From: an uncultured Eubacteriales bacterium
Lineage (GTDB): Bacteria > Bacillota > Clostridia > Oscillospirales > CAG-272
Assembly: GCA_948467545.1 (NCBI GenBank)
Contig: CAOKER010000004.1
Coordinates: forward strand, 175,952-239,951
Direction: 5' to 3'
DNA: 64,000 bases
The notes below the pieces were generated by a model. That model worked only from the letters and a program-made list of their open reading frames with translations. It did no database searches and had not been told where the DNA came from. Position 1 is the stretch's first letter. Every line of letters begins with the position of its first letter. This document shows, piece by piece, positions 10,058 to 20,189 of the stretch. The translations under genes and the position numbers were made by a program.

Positions 10058-11101
10058 TTAACATTCGACAGGTGTTTTTGCGGTAAAATTATCTGACAGA
10101 ATACGCAGAAAATATCCCTCGCGCACACCTGCGGTTACAAGTCTAAGCTTACTTATACCGCAGTAATCAAAAATCGCTTTCTGGGCTGCCATCCCCGGTA
10201 TAATGGTATCAAACCTTTCGGGTATAATTGCACGAATATGATTGGCGATTATCCGGTCGCGGTACGCTCTGCTGTAAAAATCAAATACAGTGTCGAATTC
10301 TTCGGTATTAATACTTAGGTTATGTGAAAGGGAAGAGTTGTACCCGGAACGGAAAGGAAATCTTTTTCCGCAAAGAGTTATATATTCTATGTTGCTTTCC
10401 TGTTTTTCGGGGACCTCTATATTTCCGGATGCGAATCCCGCAAGTCTGAATACAGCTCGCGCAGTCCCACCGATCATATACGCCTCACTGTGCTCCGTAA
10501 TAAAACAGGAAGAACTTATGAGCTCGCATATCCTGAGTGCAATAGCTTTACAGTCGTCTGGCGAGGGAAAAGCTTTTTCTTTTTCTCTGAATAAATCTCT
10601 CAAAGTGACACAGCCGGCGGGGATACTGACAGAAGATGATATACAATTTTCCGTAAATGAAATCAGCTCGGTACTGCCGCCGCCCATATCAATCATAAGT
10701 CCAGACGAAGCTTCAGGATACTCGCTTTTCATACCTCCGAAGCTCAAAAGAGCTTCTTCCTCTCCGGTAAGAACAGCTATCGAAATTCCGGTCTTCTTCC
10801 TTACCGCTTCAACGGCGTCCTCGGTATTGGTTACATTTCTGAGTGACGCGGTGGCGAATGCATAAAAATTATCGCAGCCGTTTTCGGCGGAATTAAACTT
10901 ATAACGTCCGAGAACCTCGCATAACGCCCTAATTCCGAAGCTGCTCAGGCATCCGTTTTCTCTCATTCCTCCGAGCCCAAGCGTTATGCTTTCCGCGAAT
11001 ACGGATTTGATACGTCCGTCGGCGGCGCCGGACGTATCGAAAATATTCATTTTAACGGTATTAGAGCCGATGTCGGTTACGCAATAAAGCAATAATATCA
11101 C
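10058..11101 (-). CDS. ppx: Ppx/GppA family phosphatase (exopolyphosphatase)
   Basis: VTDIGSNTVKMNIFD and IDMGGGSTEL ASKHA phosphate-binding motifs, located directly downstream of ppk1. Non-ATG start (GTG at 11101 or TTG at 11095). Confidence 0.85.
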   Translation of the reverse strand: MILLLYCVTDIGSNTVKMNIFDTSGAADGRIKSVFAESITLGLGGMRENGCLSSFGIRALCEVLGRYKFNSAENGCDNFYAFATASLRNVTNTEDAVEAVRKKTGISIAVLTGEEEALLSFGGMKSEYPEASSGLMIDMGGGSTELISFTENCISSSVSIPAGCVTLRDLFREKEKAFPSPDDCKAIALRICELISSSCFITEHSEAYMIGGTARAVFRLAGFASGNIEVPEKQESNIEYITLCGKRFPFRSGYNSSLSHNLSINTEEFDTVFDFYSRAYRDRIIANHIRAIIPERFDTIIPGMAAQKAIFDYCGISKLRLVTAGVREGYFLRILSDNFTAKTPVEC

Positions 11102-11187
11102 CTCATTCCGGATTTCGGTATACTACTCTTTACTACATTATAGTATGGACTGAATTGCTTGTCAAGAACAGCAGACCGTAAAATTTA

Positions 11188-11922
11188 TTACAAGGCAGAG
11201 CGAAGCTTCTGTAAAGCCTTTTTTTCTATACGGCTCACATAAGAACGCGATATACGGAGCATTTCAGCTATTTCTCTTTGAGGAATCGGAGGGTTTCCGT
11301 TCAATCCATAACGAAGAATGATGATATTTCTTTCGCGCGGAGTAAGCAGATGATTGATAGCGGCGTTTGCTTTTTCAAATTTTATCTTGAAATCAATGTC
11401 GTCGGCAATCGTATCCTCACAGCTTATAATGTCCATATATGTAAGCGGATTCCCGTCCTTATCGGTATCAATTGTATCTCCGAGTGACACCTCGCCGGAA
11501 AGTTTTTTTTTCGACCTGAAATGCATCAGAATTTCGTTCTGCAGGCACTTGCTGGCGTATGTTGCAAATTTTGTACCGTTTTCTATGTCGAAAGAATCAA
11601 TCGCTTTGATCAGTCCGATTGTTCCGAGCGACATCAAATCGTCAGTCCCGGTTCCGGATGTTCCGTATTTCTTGATTATATGCGCGACAAGCCTGAGATT
11701 GTGTTCTATCAGGGTTTTACGTGCTTCAACGTCTCCGTTTTTCATTCTGATGAAGCACTCGCGCTCCTGTTCCGGTTCAAGCGGTTCCGGAAAATTTCCC
11801 GAACCTGATACCTTAAGGAAAAGAAACATGAAACGTCCGAATAATAAATTAAATGAAGGGAATACCGGCATACCTGGTACCATACCTTTCTTATACAGAT
11901 ATAGCTGCGGAAATCCAAGCAT
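11188..11922 (-). CDS. sigK: sporulation sigma factor SigK (pro-sigma-K), uninterrupted
   Basis: SGNFPEPL...LIEHNLRLVAHIIKKY...GTIGLIKAIDSF...ISRSYVSRIEKKALQKL matches SigK rather than SigE signatures. It is preceded by a hydrophobic pro-sequence. The exact start Met is uncertain (11922/11883/11871). Confidence 0.85.
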   Translation of the reverse strand: MLGFPQLYLYKKGMVPGMPVFPSFNLLFGRFMFLFLKVSGSGNFPEPLEPEQERECFIRMKNGDVEARKTLIEHNLRLVAHIIKKYGTSGTGTDDLMSLGTIGLIKAIDSFDIENGTKFATYASKCLQNEILMHFRSKKKLSGEVSLGDTIDTDKDGNPLTYMDIISCEDTIADDIDFKIKFEKANAAINHLLTPRERNIIILRYGLNGNPPIPQREIAEMLRISRSYVSRIEKKALQKLRSAL

Positions 11923-12218
11923 TGTTTTTCATTTCTTCGCAGACATATGTCATAACAATGGCTTTGATTTTCGTTCAATCTGCATTGTATTCAAAAAAAA
12001 CGAGAAATAATTCTGGAATAAATATCGCTGCAGATTTTATGATGATTTTTATTATTATATGCCGCTTTCGGTCCGATATTTCCTTGTTTAAAAATTATAA
12101 AAGGAAATTTTTATTATTTATTGCAAAAATATTGACAAATGGTATTTTATTATATATAATGATACTGCAATATCGTTTTTTTCGACAGATTGTATCAAAA
12201 AAGAAAGGCGAAACTAAA

Positions 12219-13349
12219 ATGAAAAAAACAATCAGAGCGTTCTCTATAGTACTGTCGTCAATACTTGTATTGACTTCGACATCCGTGTGCCTTTTCGCAT
12301 CCGAAACGGAAAACTCAGAAATACCGATTGAGGACGGATATGTACCGATCGGTAATGAAGATGATTTTATGAAGCATTGGAAGGACAAGGAGGCTGCGGA
12401 AAAAAACAAAAACGTGGTTTTCTCCTATTATGCCGATGCAGAAATGACTGAGCCGCTTGACGGAAGTGCGCTTCCGCTCGGCCAAACGATTTATTACACA
12501 GCTGAAGCGAAAGACGGTTATTTTATAACGCATATTTCCGCGGCAGACGGAGTTTCGTATATTGAAAACGATTCGTTTACTCTGAAAAACGAGGAAAAAC
12601 AGCCGCTTACAGCAGACGTGTGTTTGGCGGGGGACACCAACAGCGACGGTAAAGTAAGCAGTGTCGATATTGTCAGAGCCATGAAATTCGTATTGGGAAA
12701 TATTTGGCAGTCAGAGTTTGACGGAATAAACATTGCCGCAGCTGACACAAACCGTGACGGTAAAATCAATACTCTTGATATTGTAAGAATAATGAAGCTG
12801 GTTTCAGGCCGTGCCGTCGATATTCCGGAAAAATACTCCGCCGGCAAGAATGCCGGTGCATCTTCGGAAACATATTATACTCTCACCGAATATTCTTCGG
12901 ATAATTACGCTCCTGAGCTTCGGTTAATTAATTCTGTTCGGGAGCTTGAGGAATATCTCGCCTCCGTAACGGAAAAATATGATACCGAAACCACCTTTGA
13001 AGACCGAAGAACAGAAGCGGGTGCCGCAAGCTCGATTCCGGAAATACTCGACGACTGTCTTTTGAACACCGACAAGCTTATACAAACGTATGACGAGATA
13101 TATTTTAAAGAAAATACTCTTGTTGTATACAGTTATTTTTGTGACAGTCCCGATCCATATATTCCGACCTTTGTTGAGTACAGAGGAAATAATCTTGCGC
13201 TGTGCTTTGATTATATCTCTCAACAGGTTCCGACAGAAGGCGGACCTGTATATGCTCATGAATATTGTACGATTGAAAAAACCGGAATATCCGAAGCTTT
13301 TGTAAAAGTTGAAATTATCGATAAAAGTGTCGCTAACTGGCTGAAATGA
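12219..13349 (+). CDS. secreted dockerin type I repeat protein, flanking domains unknown
   Basis: Signal peptide MKKTIRAFSIVLSSILVLTSTSVCLFA. Duplicated Ca-binding dockerin segments GDTNSDGKVSSVDIVRAMKFVLG and ADTNRDGKINTLDIVRIMKLVSG lie at about 12630-12815. The listed ORF start at 11853 overlaps sigK and is rejected. Confidence 0.8.
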   Translation: MKKTIRAFSIVLSSILVLTSTSVCLFASETENSEIPIEDGYVPIGNEDDFMKHWKDKEAAEKNKNVVFSYYADAEMTEPLDGSALPLGQTIYYTAEAKDGYFITHISAADGVSYIENDSFTLKNEEKQPLTADVCLAGDTNSDGKVSSVDIVRAMKFVLGNIWQSEFDGINIAAADTNRDGKINTLDIVRIMKLVSGRAVDIPEKYSAGKNAGASSETYYTLTEYSSDNYAPELRLINSVRELEEYLASVTEKYDTETTFEDRRTEAGAASSIPEILDDCLLNTDKLIQTYDEIYFKENTLVVYSYFCDSPDPYIPTFVEYRGNNLALCFDYISQQVPTEGGPVYAHEYCTIEKTGISEAFVKVEIIDKSVANWLK

Positions 13350-13379
13350 CAAACCGATAACAACAAATAAAATCAAAAC

Positions 13380-13422
13380 CGGAACGGAAGCTCTTTTGAC
13401 TTCCGTTCCGATATTTTTTTTC
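13380..13422 (+). terminator. rho-independent terminator of the dockerin gene
   Basis: 11-bp stem cggaacggaag/cttccgttccg, 9-nt loop, then atattttttttc. Confidence 0.85.
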
Positions 13423-13464
13423 GGATATTTTTAATATTCCTTTAGGCGGTTAAGAGCAAAGAAT

Positions 13465-13506
13465 GAAAAAAACACCGAAAAAAACCGCCCGTTTGACGAG
13501 CGGTTT
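13465..13506 (-). terminator. rho-independent terminator of the suf-like operon
   Basis: On the minus strand, stem AAACCGC/GCGGTTT is followed by a T-run (plus-strand A-run at 13475-13484). Confidence 0.55.
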
Positions 13507-13556
13507 GAATTCAATCTTCATTTAGATACATATAAATACATACTGCATAAAAAATA

Positions 13557-14495
13557 CTATTTAAGAAATCCGTTTACGATCTGTTCTTCGGCTTCTTTTT
13601 CGGTAAGTCCCAACGTCATAAGCTTGATAAGCTGTTCTCCGGCAATTTTTCCGATTGCCGCCTCATGAATAAGACTGGCGTCGACACATCCTGCCGTAAT
13701 CTCAGGGACGGCGCTTACACTTGCGTTGTCCATAATGATTGCATCGCATTCGGTATGACCTGTGCACTTGGAATTTCCGTTTATTCTTGAAATGAAAAGC
13801 TGATGGGAATCGTCTTTTGCAACAGAACGAGAAACAACGTTCGCACTGCAGTCATCTCCGTCGAGATCAACGGTAAAATCCGCTTTTGCGTATTGTTTGC
13901 CGTGCGTCATTATTTTATCGTGAATAACCAAAACCGCTTTAGCAGCAAGCTTTGCTTTTGTAGTACGTATTGCCGAATCCACACCCTTAATCTGAAGAGT
14001 ATCAAGATCCATATACGCGCCCTCGTCCAAAACAATTTCGGTGGAGGGATTCATTATACGTTCGCCGTTTCCGTCGCCTTCGGCATAATGCTTTTCAACG
14101 TATTTTACACGTGAGTTTTTTCCCACAAAAAAACGATGAACACCGCTGTGCTCCGAGGTACTGCTTCCGTCATTGTGAATGCCGCACCCGGCTACAATTA
14201 CAATGTCGCAGTCATCCCCTACGTAAAAATCATTGTATACGGTCTCCTTAAGACCGCTTTCGCTGAGAATAACCGGAATGTGCACGCTTTCGTGCTTTGT
14301 TCCGGGTTTTATTATTATATCTATACCCGGTTTGTCATTTTTAGTGACAATATCTATATTGGCTGTTGTACCGCGCACAGCTGATTTCCCGTTTGCTCTT
14401 ATGTTATAAGCTCCCTCCGGAGTTTCATGCAGACCAGATACCTCCTGAAGCAGTTTTTTCTGTATAGAATCCATATTTTTATCGTACCCGGACAT
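13557..14495 (-). CDS. SufB/SufD family Fe-S cluster assembly protein
   Basis: Beta-helix-type repeats and C-terminal ...LIHEAAIGKIAGEQLIKLMTLGLTEKEAEEQIVNGFL are typical of SufB/SufD. Located downstream of the SufC-like ATPase. Confidence 0.8.
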   Translation of the reverse strand: MSGYDKNMDSIQKKLLQEVSGLHETPEGAYNIRANGKSAVRGTTANIDIVTKNDKPGIDIIIKPGTKHESVHIPVILSESGLKETVYNDFYVGDDCDIVIVAGCGIHNDGSSTSEHSGVHRFFVGKNSRVKYVEKHYAEGDGNGERIMNPSTEIVLDEGAYMDLDTLQIKGVDSAIRTTKAKLAAKAVLVIHDKIMTHGKQYAKADFTVDLDGDDCSANVVSRSVAKDDSHQLFISRINGNSKCTGHTECDAIIMDNASVSAVPEITAGCVDASLIHEAAIGKIAGEQLIKLMTLGLTEKEAEEQIVNGFLK

Positions 14496-14538
14496 GCAAA
14501 GAAGGGTACTCTCCCGTCCTTTCCCTATGATTTATACA

Positions 14539-15273
14539 TTATACAAGTTTTTCGGTAAGTGTCCTGCAGGTTCCCGATTGAGCGACTGAGCCTAAAAGCT
14601 CAGGCAGAATCTCTTCTCTTGTACCGGAATTTTGTATCTCTCCGTCCGCTATAATAATAATTCTGTCCGCTATACTGAGAATTCTCTCCTGATGCGAAAT
14701 TATCAAAATGCTTCCGTTGATTTTTTTATACATATTTTCAAAGACTGCGATAAGATTTCCGAAGCTCCAAAGATCGATTCCCGCTTCCGGCTCGTCAAAA
14801 ATCGACAGAGCCGTACTTCGTGCGAGAATCGTAGCAATTTCAATGCGTTTCAGTTCTCCGCCGGAAAGGGAAGAATCGACCTCACGGTTTATATAATCCC
14901 TGGCGCAGAGACCGACCTCTGAAAGATAGCCGCAGGCTTCGCTTATTCCGATTTTCTTTCCTGACGCAAGGGTAATGAGGTCCTTTACGGTAATTCCCTT
15001 AAAGCGCACCGGCTGCTGAAAAGCAAAGCTTATGCCTCTCTTTGCGCGCTCGGTAACCGAGAGTGCTGTAATATTTTCTCCGTCAAGAAAAATTTCTCCC
15101 TCGGTCGGAGCTGTTATACCTGCGATGACCTTGGCGAGAGTGGACTTTCCGCCTCCGTTAGGTCCTGTAAACGCAACAAAACGCTCATCGATTTTCAAAT
15201 TGATATTTTTTAAGATTTCACGCTTGGAGTCACCTGTCAAAGCGTTAAAAGAAATATTTTTTAATTCGAGCAT
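14539..15273 (-). CDS. sufC: SufC-like ABC ATPase
   Basis: GPNGGGKSTL Walker A, LSGGELKRIEI signature, SIFDEPEAGID Walker B. Start set at MLELKNISF (15273); Met at 15312 is an alternative. Confidence 0.8.
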   Translation of the reverse strand: MLELKNISFNALTGDSKREILKNINLKIDERFVAFTGPNGGGKSTLAKVIAGITAPTEGEIFLDGENITALSVTERAKRGISFAFQQPVRFKGITVKDLITLASGKKIGISEACGYLSEVGLCARDYINREVDSSLSGGELKRIEIATILARSTALSIFDEPEAGIDLWSFGNLIAVFENMYKKINGSILIISHQERILSIADRIIIIADGEIQNSGTREEILPELLGSVAQSGTCRTLTEKLV

Positions 15274-15516
15274 GAGATTATGCGTATCTCCTTTTTTCTG
15301 ACTAACAGACATTTTGACAGAAAACAAAAATTCGGATTTTCCTGATATTCGGAAAAAACAATAAATCTTTTGTGTCAAATATGCCAAACAAGTCTCTTGT
15401 AATATTGCCGTACACGCGAAAAATATATTTCACCTGTTCCTTGTGATTTTCATATCATATATTGTAGCATTGTGCAATCTGAAAATCAACACTAAAACAA
15501 AAAGTTTTTTATTTAT

Positions 15517-16416
15517 CTATTCGTTAAGAAGCATTCTTGCTTTCTTACGGTATTGGTGAGGGGTCGTTCCGATAGCTTTCCTGAAGGTCTTAATAAAATA
15601 GCTGATCTCATTAAATCCGCAGTTCAGTCCGATATCAGTTATACTCATTTCCGTTGAAAGAAGCTGCTCGCACGCCCGTTCGATTCTATAGTTATTTACA
15701 TACTCTATCGGAGTTTTCCTTGTCATGCCGTAAAAAAACGAGCAAAAATACTTCGGCGTCATTCCGGCTGTTTTGGCAAGATCAGCAAGCATTATCTTCT
15801 GTGCGTAATTGCGCTCGATGTATGAAACGACACGTTTGAAAGGAACAAGCTGTCCGGTACTGCGTTTGTCTGCAATTTTTTCATCGGTGAAAAGCTTATG
15901 TTTAATAATAAATCCGAGAAACTCGGTTATCAGTCCCTGAACAAGCAGTTCAGATCCGCGTTCTTCATCGGATACGGCCGATACCAATCGATCCGAGATG
16001 GATTTCAGCTCCTCGCATTGAGGCATAACGGGTATAATTACATCACGGTGATCAATAATATTGGTTATCAGCGCATTGCATACCTGATTCCTTGACAGCA
16101 GACACCGCATATCAAAAACAATGGATTCGTACACCGCGTCGTACGGAACGGCACTGTGAACAACACCGTCATTGACAAAAAATATATCTCCCTCCGCAGC
16201 CGTATACTCCTTTCCGTCAAGCGTGAGATCGAGCTTTCCGCTAAGTACAATGATGATTTCCTGCTCTATATGCCAATGATGCATCATACGATAACGGGGG
16301 TGGTCCTTTGTAACGTGATAATGCGCAATCGGATAATTGAATGTTCCGTGCTGTATTTTTTCAAAATAGTCAAAATATTTCAAATTTGTGACCATACCTT
16401 TCATATAAAAATTCAA
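15517..16416 (-). CDS. AraC family transcriptional regulator (cupin sensor plus HTH)
   Basis: N-terminal cupin-like HWHIEQEIIIVLSGKLDL and C-terminal AraC HTH (...ITDIGLNCGFNEISYFIKTFRKAIGTTPHQYR). Divergent from fucI. Confidence 0.85.
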   Translation of the reverse strand: MNFYMKGMVTNLKYFDYFEKIQHGTFNYPIAHYHVTKDHPRYRMMHHWHIEQEIIIVLSGKLDLTLDGKEYTAAEGDIFFVNDGVVHSAVPYDAVYESIVFDMRCLLSRNQVCNALITNIIDHRDVIIPVMPQCEELKSISDRLVSAVSDEERGSELLVQGLITEFLGFIIKHKLFTDEKIADKRSTGQLVPFKRVVSYIERNYAQKIMLADLAKTAGMTPKYFCSFFYGMTRKTPIEYVNNYRIERACEQLLSTEMSITDIGLNCGFNEISYFIKTFRKAIGTTPHQYRKKARMLLNE

Positions 16417-16661
16417 ATTTAGGCTTGTTAATTATGTTTCAAACTTATATCTTCATCGGCTCAGCCGCAGGGATGCAGTCCGAAACGCCATTGATGTATT
16501 CTATGAAATACCGTTGTCGAAGAAAAAGCTTCTGCGGCTGAATATTATCATATTTTTTATCTATTATAGCACAAGACGGGCGTTTTTGTCAATGATATAA
16601 TGATAGCAATATTAAGTATACCTTTATATCTGCAAATTTATTTGAAAGGAAGTTGTATACT

Positions 16662-18464
16662 ATGGCTGAAAATCGTTATATAGGAGAATACCCCGTAATC
16701 GGAATACGTCCGATAATCGACGGACGCCGCGGACCTCTTAAGGTACGTGAGAGTCTTGAAGATCAAACAATGGCAATGGCGGTTGCCGCCAAAAAGCTTT
16801 TTGAGGAAAATCTTTGCTACTCAAACGGAGAACCGGTGAAGGTTGTTATCTCAAACACTTCTATCGGACGGGTGGCAGAAGCTGCCGCTTGTGAAGCTCA
16901 GTTTAAAAAGGAAGGCGTTTCTATAACCCTTTCCGTAACGCCGTGCTGGTGCTACGGTGCCGAGACTATGGACATGGATCCGAATACGATCAAAGGAGTT
17001 TGGGGCTTCAACGGAACAGAGCGTCCCGGAGCAGTATACCTTGCTTCTGTTCTTGCAACTCACGCTCAGAAAGGACTGCCCGCATTTGGTATTTACGGTC
17101 ACGATGTTCAGAATCTTGACGAGGTTACAAACATTCCGTGCGACGTAAAGGAAAAGCTTCTTCGCTTTGCACGCGCTGCTGTTGCCGTTGCAACAATGCG
17201 CGGAAAATCTTATCTGCAGATTGGCTCCGTCACAATGGGAATCGGCGGATCAATCATTGATACTGATTTCTTTGAAGACTATCTCGGCATGCGGGTAGAG
17301 TCTGTTGACGAGGTGGAAATAATCCGACGTATGTCAGAGGGCATCTACAACGAGGAAGAATATCAGAAAGCTTTGGCGTGGACAAAAGAACACTGCAAAG
17401 AGGGTTGGGATAAGAACCCGGATTTTGTAAAAGCGTCTGACGAAAAGAAAAAAGAGCAGTGGGAATTCACTGTTAAAATGTACTGCATTATAAAAGACCT
17501 CATGAACGGCAATCCGAAGCTCCCCGAAGGACGCGAAGAGGAAATGGTAGGACACAATGCCATTGCCGCCGGTTTTCAGGGACAGCGTCAGTGGACTGAT
17601 TTTTACCCTAACTGTGACTATCCGGAGGCTATTTTCAACTCATCGTTCGACTATACAGGAGCGCGTGAGCCGTATATTTTGGCTACCGAAAACGATACTT
17701 TGAACGGTGTCAGCATGCTATTCATGAAGCTGCTTACCAATCGCGCCCAAATATTCGCCGACGTCCGCACATATTGGTCTCCCGAAGCCTGCAAGCGTGC
17801 TTCCGGTTACGATGTTACAGGCGTCGCAAAGGAGAACGGCGGATTTATTCATCTTATAAATTCCGGTGCAGCCTGCCTTGACGCATGCGGAGAGTGTACC
17901 GATGAAAACGGAAACCCCATAATGAAAAAGTGGTGGGAAGTCACCGAACAGGATATTCAGAAAATGACGGCTGCAACATCGTGGTGTGCCGCGGATAACG
18001 GATATTTCAGGGGCGGCGGATTTTCGAGCCATTTTATCACCCGTGCCGAAATGCCTGCCACAATGATTCGCCTTAACCTTGTCAAGGGATTAGGGCCGGT
18101 ACTTCAGATTGCGGAGGGCTGGACAGTAAAGCTGCCGGACGAAGTTACGGATACCCTTATGAAGCGTACCGATCCGACATGGCCTTGCACTTGGTTCACG
18201 CCGCGCTGTGACGGAGTTGACGGCAGTCCTTTCAAATCCGCTTATGATGTGATGAACAACTGGGGTGCAAATCATGGCGCTATATCCTACGGTCATATCG
18301 GTGCGGACCTTATAACTCTCTGCTCAATGCTTCGCATACCTGTATGCATGCATAATGTACCTGAGAAAGATATTTTCCGTCCCGCTGCATGGAATGCTTT
18401 CGGTATGGACCGCGAAGGCCAGGATTTCCGCGCCTGCCAGAATTACGGTCCGATGTATAAATAA
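16662..18464 (+). CDS. fucI: L-fucose isomerase
   Basis: About 600 aa; N-terminus [36 protein letters not shown] and overall length are typical of FucI. AAAGGAAG lies 9 nt upstream of the ATG at 16662. Confidence 0.9.
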   Translation: MAENRYIGEYPVIGIRPIIDGRRGPLKVRESLEDQTMAMAVAAKKLFEENLCYSNGEPVKVVISNTSIGRVAEAAACEAQFKKEGVSITLSVTPCWCYGAETMDMDPNTIKGVWGFNGTERPGAVYLASVLATHAQKGLPAFGIYGHDVQNLDEVTNIPCDVKEKLLRFARAAVAVATMRGKSYLQIGSVTMGIGGSIIDTDFFEDYLGMRVESVDEVEIIRRMSEGIYNEEEYQKALAWTKEHCKEGWDKNPDFVKASDEKKKEQWEFTVKMYCIIKDLMNGNPKLPEGREEEMVGHNAIAAGFQGQRQWTDFYPNCDYPEAIFNSSFDYTGAREPYILATENDTLNGVSMLFMKLLTNRAQIFADVRTYWSPEACKRASGYDVTGVAKENGGFIHLINSGAACLDACGECTDENGNPIMKKWWEVTEQDIQKMTAATSWCAADNGYFRGGGFSSHFITRAEMPATMIRLNLVKGLGPVLQIAEGWTVKLPDEVTDTLMKRTDPTWPCTWFTPRCDGVDGSPFKSAYDVMNNWGANHGAISYGHIGADLITLCSMLRIPVCMHNVPEKDIFRPAAWNAFGMDREGQDFRACQNYGPMYK

Positions 18465-18529
18465 GCTTCGGCAAGAGCAAAAACTTTTACGGATTTAATT
18501 TTGAACTGACATTTTAATTTTACGCGCTA

Positions 18530-18570
18530 TGCCGTACTGACAAATTTTAATTGTCGGTACGGCATTTTTT
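18530..18570 (+). terminator. rho-independent terminator of fucI
   Basis: 13-bp stem tgccgtactgaca/tgtcggtacggca (one G-U) followed by tttttt. Confidence 0.85.
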
Positions 18571-18694
18571 AAGGTGAAATTATTTTCCATATTTTTACAT
18601 ATAATCGTTTTTTTACTTATTGTTATCAGCGTATGCTCCAGTTTTACTCTTTATTTCAAAGAAAAAAATGTTAAATTATAAAGGTCGAATTCTA

Positions 18695-18723
18695 TTGATA
18701 ATTCTCTTAAAATATGTTATAAT
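18695..18723 (+). promoter_or_regulatory. sigma-A type promoter upstream of the mdh-like gene
   Basis: TTGATA, then a 17-nt spacer, then TATAAT. It lies about 350 nt upstream of the start codon at 19073. Confidence 0.6.
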
Positions 18724-19072
18724 GTTCTCTGATATGAATAAGCGCCGTGTATAAAGCGGCTTTGAATCAAAGCACGGAAAAGGTACGGCGGAATTCATAT
18801 CTGCAGAAAATAACAGAGCATCTTTGGCAAAAAAATATATACCTGGGCCGCCTGCTCCATGTAGCTCTCTCCATGCGGCTTTCAATAATGCAGACTGAAA
18901 GCCTTAAACGGCAAAATGACCGCAGGAAACGGCGCTCACATCAAATTTCTATATTTTACAAATATGCACCGTATACTTCTGCAAATACGGCGCAGCCGAA
19001 AATACGGCCGATTTTACAGCATAATGCTTTATTTGAGTCCGGGAGCTTCGGCAGAAAGGAATGGTCGTAAAC

Positions 19073-20020
19073 ATGAACAAAATTACTATCATCGGAACCG
19101 GAAGCGTAGGAGCCACAATCGCATATACACTTGCGGTAAGGGGTATAGCCTCTGAGATCGTAATGGTCGATATCAACCATGAAAAATCGCTTGGAGAAGC
19201 CCTTGACATTAGGCAGGGAATACCTTTCTGCGATACACCGGTATCGATTTACGCCGGAAGCTACCGCGATGCTGTCGGCTCGGACATTGTAATCATCACT
19301 TCTGGAATCGCACGAAAACCGGGTCAGTCGAGAATCGATCTTGCGCAGACAAATGTAAATATAACAAAAAGCATAATACCGGAAATTACAAGATATGCCG
19401 GGGATGCTATGTATATAATTGTAAGCAATCCGGTTGATATTCTGACATATGTATTCTGCAAATGTTCGGGACTTGAGGAAAGACAGATTTTAGGTTCCGG
19501 AACAAGCCTTGACACAGCAAGACTGCGCTCAAGAATTTCGGAATATTACAACATAAATCAGAAAAATGTTCACGCATATGTTTTCGGCGAACACGGAGAC
19601 ACCTCTTTTGTTCCGTGGTCTCTCGCAAATATCTCGAATATTCCGGTTGACATGTATCAGGATGCGCTTGTTCAGAAGGACTGTATGGTTCCCTCCCTCA
19701 GCCACGAAGAGGTTGAGGTTTATATGAGAAAGTCCGGAGGAAGGGTCATCGCGCGCAAGGGAGCGACTTTCTATGCGATTTCAATTTCGGTATGCTATAT
19801 CTGCAAGTGTCTGCTTTCAAGCATAAACACCACAACGACAGTATCTACAATGATGCACGGCGAATACGGGATTGATGATGTTTGTCTCAGCACGCTGAAT
19901 ATCATCGGACACAGCGGAGTAGTAGGGAAGCTTCTCTCTCCTCTTAACGACGAGGAAACTTTGCTTCTCAGAAAGAGTGCAGACTGCCTTAAAGATGTAA
20001 TTAAAAATTTGGATATTTAA
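19073..20020 (+). CDS. mdh: LDH/MDH-family NAD-dependent 2-hydroxyacid dehydrogenase, predicted malate dehydrogenase
   Basis: IIGTGSVGATIAY Rossmann motif. The substrate loop SGIARKPGQSRIDL has Arg (codon 19313-19315) where lactate dehydrogenases carry Gln (..QKPGETRLDL). The family call is firm; malate specificity is inferred. Start at 19073 (MNKITIIG) or 19061. Confidence 0.8.
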   Translation: MNKITIIGTGSVGATIAYTLAVRGIASEIVMVDINHEKSLGEALDIRQGIPFCDTPVSIYAGSYRDAVGSDIVIITSGIARKPGQSRIDLAQTNVNITKSIIPEITRYAGDAMYIIVSNPVDILTYVFCKCSGLEERQILGSGTSLDTARLRSRISEYYNINQKNVHAYVFGEHGDTSFVPWSLANISNIPVDMYQDALVQKDCMVPSLSHEEVEVYMRKSGGRVIARKGATFYAISISVCYICKCLLSSINTTTTVSTMMHGEYGIDDVCLSTLNIIGHSGVVGKLLSPLNDEETLLLRKSADCLKDVIKNLDI

Positions 20021-20032
20021 ATCAAAGAAAAG

Positions 20033-20070
20033 AAGATTAATCAGTACAAGAAAAAGATTAAACAGTACAA
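20033..20070 (+). repeat. two phased 17-bp direct repeats (AAGATTAAnCAGTACAA), 21-bp period
   Basis: Copies at 20033-20049 and 20054-20070 are 16/17 identical and sit in the mdh-fumC intergenic region. Confidence 0.7.
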
Positions 20071-20189
20071 ATAAGAGCAGGGAAGACTGTTTAGACGAAG
20101 TTTGTGCAAAGCTCGTACAAAACTTGCGCTGTACTATTTGTTGTCCGAGAAAATATAGCAGAGAAACGACAGAAAGGAAAACAACTCAT

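Noticed and set aside
11188-11922. A skin-like intervening element splitting sigK, as occurs in some Bacillus and Clostridium species.
   Set aside because: The gene is contiguous from the pro-sequence through region 4.2, and no recombinase is nearby.
11853-12218. The N-terminal 122-aa extension of the listed dockerin ORF, which overlaps the sigK start region.
   Set aside because: The extension is hydrophobic junk with no RBS. A canonical signal peptide begins at the ATG at 12219.
16461-16541. A 10-bp long-range inverted repeat (tcagccgcag ... ctgcggctga) in the araC-fucI divergent promoter region.
   Set aside because: The arms are 61 nt apart and there is no supporting secondary feature. 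It could be an AraC looping site or chance, and I have no way to distinguish these from the sequence alone.
18465-20189. Rex (NADH-sensing repressor) operators of the TTGTGAA-N6-TTCACAA type upstream of mdh or fumC.
   Set aside because: The best candidate (TTGTGCAAAGCTCGTACAAA at about 20101-20120) matches only one half-site. It is reported instead as part of the GTACA motif observation.
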